64,000 bases of DNA, from contig OZ024743.1 of NCBI GenBank assembly GCA_964016885.1, forward strand, positions 175,522,001 through 175,586,000. Reading direction: 5' to 3'. Position numbers and translations under genes: made by a program. The stretch comes from Eledone cirrhosa (Eukaryota). Numbering within the stretch: position 1 is the stretch's first letter; each line of letters begins with the position of its first letter. The notes below the pieces were generated by a model. The model saw only the letters and a list, made by a program, of their open reading frames with translations, had not been told where the DNA came from and ran no database searches. Shown in pieces: positions 55,601-64,000 of the stretch.

Positions 55601-58600
55601 TGTACGCATTTCTTCTAAGTTTAATTTTACACCTAATTGTGTATGGTTGATAATATATTTAGTCAATTTCTACATGCTGTCGAAATGTTGGATAAATTCT
55701 CGATTGGGGACACCGCGAAGAGGCAACGTTCGGTTATTTGTCGGAGATTTCTCCATAAGAGCCTTTCTTCTTATAGCTTGATCTAAATGATTTTTTTATA
55801 TGGTTAATTATGATAATGAGAAGAAGAAATAGTATATATTTTATCTGATGATTCTAAAGACAGGATTTATGATATAGTGCTCTGATTTTTTAATTTATTA
55901 TTTCTCCATAGAGCCTAAAAGTGACCAGTTGCAACATGTATATATCTATAACTTTAGGTTTATGTTAACATTTATATTTAATAATCTCCCCATAGGTTGA
56001 GATTAAGTATGGCGATATTTGGCTGCGCTTTATAGCAGCAAGCCTACCCGCCGTATGCAATCAATCACATTCTTTCTGACTTGACCACAGCCACGTAGCG
56101 ATTCCTAGCCATTTTTGAATCTATTTTCGGCGGTAGCGGATTGAAAAACTAGATGTGTGATTTTGAGTTTGTCTCCTGATGAATCCTAACTCAGGACATT
56201 CCTATTATTTGGATGTTTAAAAATAAGGATGAAACCATGGTAGAAATATAATTACGGTATATACGCATTTCTTCTAAGTTTAATTTTACACCTAATTGTG
56301 TATGGTTGATGATATATTTAGTCAATTTCTACATGCTGTCGAAATTTTGGATATATTCTCGATTGGGGCCACCGCGAAGAGGCTACGTTCGGTTATTTGT
56401 CGGAGATTTCTCCATAAGAGCCTTTCTTCTTATAGCTTGATGTAAATGATTTTTTTATATGGTGAATTATGCTAATCAGAAGAAGAAATAGTATATATTT
56501 TATCTGATGATTCTAAAGACATGATTTATGATATAGTGCTCTGATTTTTTAATTTATTAATTCTTCATAGAGCTTAAAAGTGACCAGTTGCAACATGTAT
56601 ATATCTATAACTTTATGTATATGTTAACCTTTATATTTAATAATCTCCCGACAGGTTGAGATTAAATTTGGCGATATTTGGCTGCACTTTCTAGCAGCAA
56701 GCCTACCCGCCGTAAGCAACCAATAACATTCTTTCTGGCTTGAGCACAGCCACATAGCGATTCTTAGCCATTTCTGAATCTATTGTCGGCGGGATCGGAT
56801 TGAAAAACTAGATGTCTGATTTTGAGTTTGTTTCCTGATGAATCCTAACTCAGGACATTCCTATTATTTGGATGTATAAAAATAAGGATGAAACGATGGT
56901 AGAGATATAATTACGGTATGTACGCATTTCTTCTAAGTATAATTTTACACCTAATTGTGTATGGTTGATAATATATTTAGTCAATTTCTACATGCTGTCG
57001 AAATGTTGGATACTTTCTCGATTGGGGCTACCGCGAAGAGACTACGTTCGGTTATTTGTCGGAGATTTCTCCATAAGAGCCTTTCTTCTTATAGCTTGAT
57101 CTAATTGATTTTTATATGGTTAATTATGCTAATTAGAAGGAGAAATATTATATACTTTATCTGATGATTCTAAAGACATGATTTATGATATATTGCTCTG
57201 ATTTTTTAATTTATTAATTCTTGATAGAGCTTAAAAGTGACCAGTTGCAACCTGTATATATCTATAACTTTATGTATATGTTAACTTTATATTTAATAAA
57301 CTCCCGATAGGTTGAGATAAAATTTGGCGATATTTGGCTGCGCTTTCTAGCAGCAAGCCTACCCGCCGTAAGCAACCAATCACATTCTTTCTGGCTTGAC
57401 CACAGCCACATAGCGATTCTTAGCCATTTTTGAATCTATTTTTGGCGGGATCGGATTGAAAAACTAGATGTCTCTTTTTTGAGTTTGTCTCCTGATGAAT
57501 CCTAACACAGGACATTCCTACTATTTGGATGTCAAAAAATAAGGATGAAACCATGGTATAGATATAATTACGGTATGTACGCATTTCTTCTAAGTTTAAT
57601 TTTACACCTAATTGTGTATGGTTGATGATATATTTAGTCCATTTCTATGCTGTCGAAATGTTGGATAATTTCTCTATTGGGGCCAACGCGAAGAGGCTAC
57701 GTTCGGTTATTTGTCGGAGATTTCTCCATAAGCGCCTTTCTTCTTATAGCTTGATCTAATTGATTTTTTATATGGTTAATTATGCTAATTAGAAGAAGAA
57801 ATAGTATATATTTTATCTGATGATTCTAATGACATGATTTATGATATATTGCTCTGATTTTGTAATTTATTAATTCTTCATGGAGCTTAAAAGTGACCAG
57901 TTGCCACATGTATATATCTATAACTTTATGTATATGTTAACCTTTATATTTAATAATCTCCGAATGCGTTGAGATTAAATTTGGCTGCGCTTTCTAGCTA
58001 CAAGCCTACCCGCTGTAAGCAACCAATCACATTCATTCTGACTTGACCACAGCCACGTAGCGATTCTTAGCAATTTTTGAATCTATTTTCGGCGGGATCG
58101 GATTGAAAATCTAGATGTCTGATTTTGAGTTTGTCTCCTGATGAATCCTAACTCAGGACATTCCTATTATTTGGATGTCTAAAAATAAGGATGAAACCAT
58201 GGTAGAGATATAATTACGGTATGTACGCATATCTTCTAATTTTAATTTTACACCTAATTGTGTATGGTTGATGATATATTTAGTCAATTTCTACATGCTG
58301 TCGAAATGTTGGATAAATTCTCGATTGGGGCCACCGCGAAGAGGCTACGTCCGGTTATTTGTCGGAGATTACTCCATAAGAGCCTTTCTTCTTATAGCTT
58401 GATCTAATTGATTTTTTATATGGTTAATTATGCTAATTAGAAGAAGAAATAGTATATATTTTATCTGATGATTCTAAAGACATGATTTATGATATATTGC
58501 TCTGATTTTTTAATTTATTATTTCTTCATAGAGCTTAAAAGTGACCAGTTGCAACATGTATATATCTATAACTTTATGTATATGTTAACCTTTATATTTA

Positions 58601-61600
58601 ATAATCTCCCAATGCGTTGAGATTAAATTTGGCTGCGCTTTCTAGCAGAAAGCCTACCCACTGTAAGCAACCAATCACATTCTTTCTGACTTGACCACAG
58701 CCACGTAGCGATTCTTAGCCATTTTTGAATCTATTTTCGGCGGGATCGGATTGAAAAACTAGATGTCTGATTATGAATTTGTCTCCCGATGAATCCTAAC
58801 TCAGGACATTCCTATTATTTGGATGTCTAAAAATAAGGATGAAACCATGGTAGAGATATAATTACGGTATGTACGCATTTCTTCTAAGTTTAATTTTACA
58901 CCTAATTGTGTATGGTTGATGATATATTTAGTCAATTTCTACATGCTGTCGAAATGTTGGATACATTTTTGTTTGGGGCCACTGCGAAGAGGCTACGTTC
59001 GGTTATTTGTCGGAGATTTCGCCATAAAAGCCTTTCTTCTTATAGCTTGATCTAATTGATTTTTTTATATGGTTAATTATGCTAATTAGAAGAAGAAATA
59101 GTATATATTTTATCTGATGATTCTAAAGACATGATTTATGATATATTGCTCTGATTTTGTAATTTATTAATTCTTCATGGTGCTTAAAAGTGACCAGTTG
59201 CAACATGTATATATCTATAACTTTATGTATATGTTAACCTTTATATTTAATAATCTTCCGAAAGATTGAGATTAAATTTGGCGATAATTGGCTGAGCTTT
59301 CTAGCAGCAAGCCTACCCGCCGTAAGCAAACAATCGCATTCTTTCTGGCTTGACCACAGCCACATAGCGATTCTTAGACATTTTTGAATCTATTTTCGGC
59401 GGGATCGGATTGAAAAAATAGATGTCTGATTTTGAGTTTGTCTCCTGATGAATCTAACTCAGGACATTCCTATTATTTGGATGTCTAAAAATAAGGATGA
59501 AACCATGGTAGAGATATAATTACGGTATGTACGCATTTCTTCTAAGTTTAATTTTACACCTAATTGTGTATGGTTGATGATATATTTAGTCAATTTCTAC
59601 ATGCTGTCGAAATGTTGGATAAATTCTCGATTGGGACCACCGCGAAGAGGCTACGCTCGGTTATTTGTCGGAGATTTCTCCATAAGAGCCTTTCTTCTAA
59701 TAGCTTGATCTAATTGATTTTTTATATGGTTAATTATGCTAATTAGAAGAAGAAATAGTATATATTTTATCTGATGATTCTAAAGACATGATTTGTGATA
59801 TATTGCTCTGATTTTTTAATTTATTATTTCTTCATAGAGCTTAAAAGTGACCAGTTGCAACATGTATATATCTATAACTTTATGTATATGTTAACCTTTA
59901 TATTTAATAATCTCCGAATTCGTTGAGATTAAATTTGGCTGCGCTTTATAGCAGCAAGCCTACCCGCTGTAAGCAACCAATCACATTCTTTCTGACTTGA
60001 CCACAGCCACGTAGCGATTCTTAGCCATTTTTGAATCTATTTTCGGCGGGATCGGATTGAAAAACTAGATGACTGATTTTGAGTTTGTCGCCTGATGAAT
60101 CCAAACTCAGGACATTCCTATTATTTGGATGTCTAAAAATAAGGATGAAACCATGGTAGAGATATAATTACGGTATGTACGCATATCTTCTAATTTTAAT
60201 TTTACACCTAATTGTGTATGGTTGATGATATATTTAGTTAATTTCTACATGCTGTCGAAATGTTGGATAAATTCTCGTTTGGGGCCACCGCGAAGAGGCT
60301 ACGTTCGGTTATTTGTCGGAAATTTCGCCATAAGAGCCTTTCTTCTTATAGCTTGATCTAATTGATTTTTTATATGGTTAATTATGCTAATTAGAAGAAG
60401 AAATAGTATATATTTTATCTGATGATTCTAAAGACATGATTTATGATATATTGCTCTGATTTTGTAATTCATTAATTCTTCATGGTGCTTAAAAGTGACC
60501 AGTTGCAACATGTATATATCTATAACTTTATGTATATGTTAACCTTTATATTTAATAATCTCCCGATAGGTTGAGCTTAAATTTGGCGATAATTGGCTGC
60601 GCTTTCTAGCAGCAAGCCTACCCGCCGTAAGCAACCAATCACATTCTTTCTGGCTTGACCACAGCCACATAGCGATTCTTAGCCATTTTTGAATCTATTT
60701 TCGGCGGGATCGGATTGAAAAACTAGATGTCTGATTTTGAGTTTGTCGCCTGATGAATCCTAACACAGGACATTCCTATTATTTGGATGTCTAAAAATAA
60801 GGATGAAACCATGGTAGAGATATAATTACGGTATGTACGCATTTCTTCTAAGTTTAATTTTACACCTAATTGTGTATGGTTGATGATATATTTAGTCCAT
60901 TTCTATGCTGTCGAAATGTTGGATAATTTCTCGATTGGGGCCACCGCGAAGAGGCTACGTTCGGTTATTTGTCGGAGATTTCTCCATAAGAGCCTTTCTT
61001 CTTATAGCTTGATCTAATTGATTTTTTATATGGTTAATTATGCTAATTAGAAGAAGAAATAGTATATATTTTATCTGATGATTCTAATGACATGATTTAT
61101 GATATATTGCTCTGATTTTGTAATTTATTAATTCTTCATGGAGCTTAAAAGTGACCAGTTGCAACATGTATATATCTATAACTTTATGTATATGTTAACC
61201 TTTATATTTAATAATCTCCCGAAAGGTTGAGATTAAATTTGGCGATAATTGGCTGCGCTTTCTAGCAGCAAGCCTACCCGCCGTAAGCAACTAATCACAT
61301 TCTTTCTGGCTTGACCACAGCCACATAGCGATTCTTAGACATTTTTGAATCTATTTTCGGCGGGATCGGATTGAAAAAATAGATGTCTGATTTTGAGTTT
61401 GTCTCCTGATGAATCTAACTCAGGACATTCCTATTATTTGGATGTCTAAAAATAAGGATGAAACCATGGTAGAGATATAATTACGGTATGTACGCATTTC
61501 TTCTAAGTTTAATTTTACACCTAATTGTGTATGGTTGATGATATATTTAGTCAATTTCTACATGCTGTCGAAATGTTGGATAAATTCTCGATTGGGACCA

Positions 61601-64000
61601 CCGCGAAGAGGCTACGTTCGGTTATTTGTCGGAGATTTCTCCATAAGAGCCTTTCTTCTAATAGCTTGATCTAATTGATTTTTTATATGGTTAATTATGC
61701 TAATTAGAAGAAGAAATAGTATATATTTTATCTGATGATTCTAAAGACATGATTTATGATATATTGCTCTGATTTTTTAATTTATTATTTCTTCATAGAG
61801 CTTAAAAGTGACCAGTTGCAACATGTATATATCTATAACTTTATGTATATGTTAACCTTTATATTTAATAATCTCCGAATGCGTTGAGATTAAATTTGTC
61901 TGCGCTTTCTAGCTAGAAGCCTACCCGTTGTAAGCAACCAATCACATTCATTCTGACTTGACCACAGCCACGTAGCGATTCTTAGCCATTTTTGAATCTA
62001 TTTTCGGCGGGATCGGATTGAAAATCTAGATGTCTGATTTTGAGTTTGTCTCCTGATGAATCCTAACTCAGGACATTCCTATTATTTGGATGTCTAAAAA
62101 TAAGGATGAAACCATGGTAGAGATATAATTACGGTATGTACGCATATCTTCTAATTTTAATTTTACACCTAATTGTGTATGGTTGATGATATATTTAGTC
62201 AATTTCTACATGCTGTCGAAATGTTGGATAAATTCTCGATTGGGGCCACCGCGAAGAGGCTACGTCCGGTTATTTGTCGGAGATTTCTCCATAAGAGCCT
62301 TTCTTCTTATAGCTTGATCTAATTGATTTTTTATATGGTTAATTATGCTAATTAGAAGAAGAAATAGTATATATTTTATCTGATGATTCTAAAGACATGA
62401 TTTATGATATATTGCTCTGATTTTTTAATTTATTATTTCTTCATAGAGCTTAAAAGTGACCAGTTGCAACATGTATATATCTATAACTTTATGTATATGT
62501 TAACCTTTATATTTAATAATCTCCCAATGCGTTGAGATTAAATTTGGCTGCGCTTTCTAGCAGCAAGCCTACCCGCTGTAAGCAACCAATCACATTCTTT
62601 CTGACTTGACCACAGCCACGTAGCGATTCTTAGCCATTTTTTAATCTATTTTCGGCGGGATCGGATTGAAAAACTAGATGTCTGATTATGAGTTTGTCTC
62701 CTGATGAATCCTAACTCAGGACATTCCTATTATTTGGATGTCTAAAAATAAGGATGAAACCATGGTAGAGATATAATTACGGTATGTACGCATTTCTTCT
62801 AAGTTCAATTTTACACCTAATTGAGTATGGTAGATGATATATTTAGTCAATTTCTACATGCTGTCGAAATGTTGGATAAATTTATGTTTGGGGCCACCGC
62901 GAAGAGGCTACGTTCGGTTATTTGTCGGAGATTTCGCCATAAGAGCCTTTCTTCTTATAGCTTGATCTAATTGATTTTTTTATATGGTTAATTATGCTAA
63001 TTAGAAGAAGAAATAGTATATATTTTATCTGATGATTCTAAAGACATGATTTATGATATATTGCTCTGATTTTGTAATTTATTAATTCTTCATGGTGCTT
63101 AAAAGTGACCAGTTGCAACATGTATATATCTATAACTTTATGTATATGTTAACCTTTATATTTAATAATCTTCCGAAAGGTTGAGATTAAATTTGGCGAT
63201 AATTGGCTGAGCTTTCTAGCAGCAAGCCTACCCGCCGTAAGCAAACAATCACATTCTTTCTGGCTTAACCACAGCCACATAGCGATTCTTAGACATTTTT
63301 GAATCTATTTTCGGCGGGATCGGATTGAAAAAATAGATGTCTGATTTTGAGTTTGTCTCCTGATGAATCTAACTCAGGACATTCCTATTATTTGGATGTC
63401 TAAAAATAAGGATGAAACCATGGTAGAGATATAATTACGGTATGTACGCATTTCTTCTGAGTTTAATTTTACACCTAATTGTGTATGGTTGATGATATAT
63501 TTAGTCAATTTCTACATGCTGTCGAAATGTTGGATAAATTCTCGATTGGGACCACCGCGAAGAGGCTACGTTCGGTTATTTGTCGGAGATTTCTCCATAA
63601 GAGCCTTTCTTCTAATAGCTTGATCTAATTGATTTTTTATATGGTTAATTATGCTAATTAGAAGAAGAAATAGTATATATTTTATCTGATGATTCTAAAG
63701 ACATGATTTGTGATATATTGCTCTGATTTTTTAATTTATTAATTCTTCATAGAGCTTAAAAGTGACCAGTTGCAACATGTGTATATCTATAACTTTATGT
63801 ATATGTTAACCTTTATATTTAATAATCTCCCGATGCGTTGAGATTAAATTTGGCTGCGCTTTCTAGCAGCAAGCCTACCCTCCGTAAGCAACCAATCACA
63901 TTCTTTCTGACTTGACCACAGCCACGTAGCGATTCTTAGCCATTTTTGAATCTATTTTCGGCGGGATCGGATTGAAAAACTAGATGACTGATTTTGAGTT
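49637..64000 (+). repeat. Tandem satellite array of ~648/658-bp hammerhead-containing units (~22 units, runs off window)
   Basis: Core start positions 50269, 50926, 51578, 52237, 52896, 53555, 54213, 54869, 55517, 56176, 56835, 57492, 58138, 58786, 59445, 60092, 60750, 61406, 62053, 62701, 63360; length classes differ by a 10-bp indel. Confidence 0.97.
50263..50341 (+). ncRNA. Type I hammerhead ribozyme (first complete of 21 array copies)
   Basis: Consensus tgtctc-CTGATGA-atcct[aactc aggacattcc tattattt ggatgtct aaaaata]aggat-GAAA-c-CATG-g-TA-gagata; this copy has loop GATG. Confidence 0.85.

Noticed and set aside
49637-64000. Array as CRISPR, rDNA, 5S/tRNA/snRNA or histone cluster
   Set aside because: No repeat-spacer alternation and no recognisable rRNA, tRNA, snRNA or coding sequence in the unit.

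Overview
Eukaryotic, AT-rich, almost entirely repetitive DNA with no clear host gene. The dense (TA)n/(CA)n/(TATC)n microsatellites and Nin-domain tRNA-SINEs suggest an invertebrate, probably an octopus/cephalopod (inference). Contents: two decayed Penelope-like elements (Naiad-type, GIY-YIG) with hammerhead-bearing pseudo-LTRs; four large copies plus a 3' fragment of a Tx1/L1-clade LINE, three of them head-to-tail in (TATC)n; a decayed RTE LINE with three C2H2 fingers; mariner, Merlin and Helitron remnants; SINEs; and several fold-back inverted repeats. The last ~14.6 kb is a tandem array of ~648/658-bp non-coding units. Each unit carries a type I hammerhead ribozyme motif (21 counted by eye). 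The array has higher-order structure and an inverted segment at its edge, as a Penelope-mobilised retrozyme-like satellite would. About ten other distinct hammerhead-bearing repeat families, intact or degenerate, occur in the window, mostly inside fold-back structures. Nearly all short ORFs in the track are microsatellite or antisense artefacts. All structures were read by eye; no folding or database search was run.
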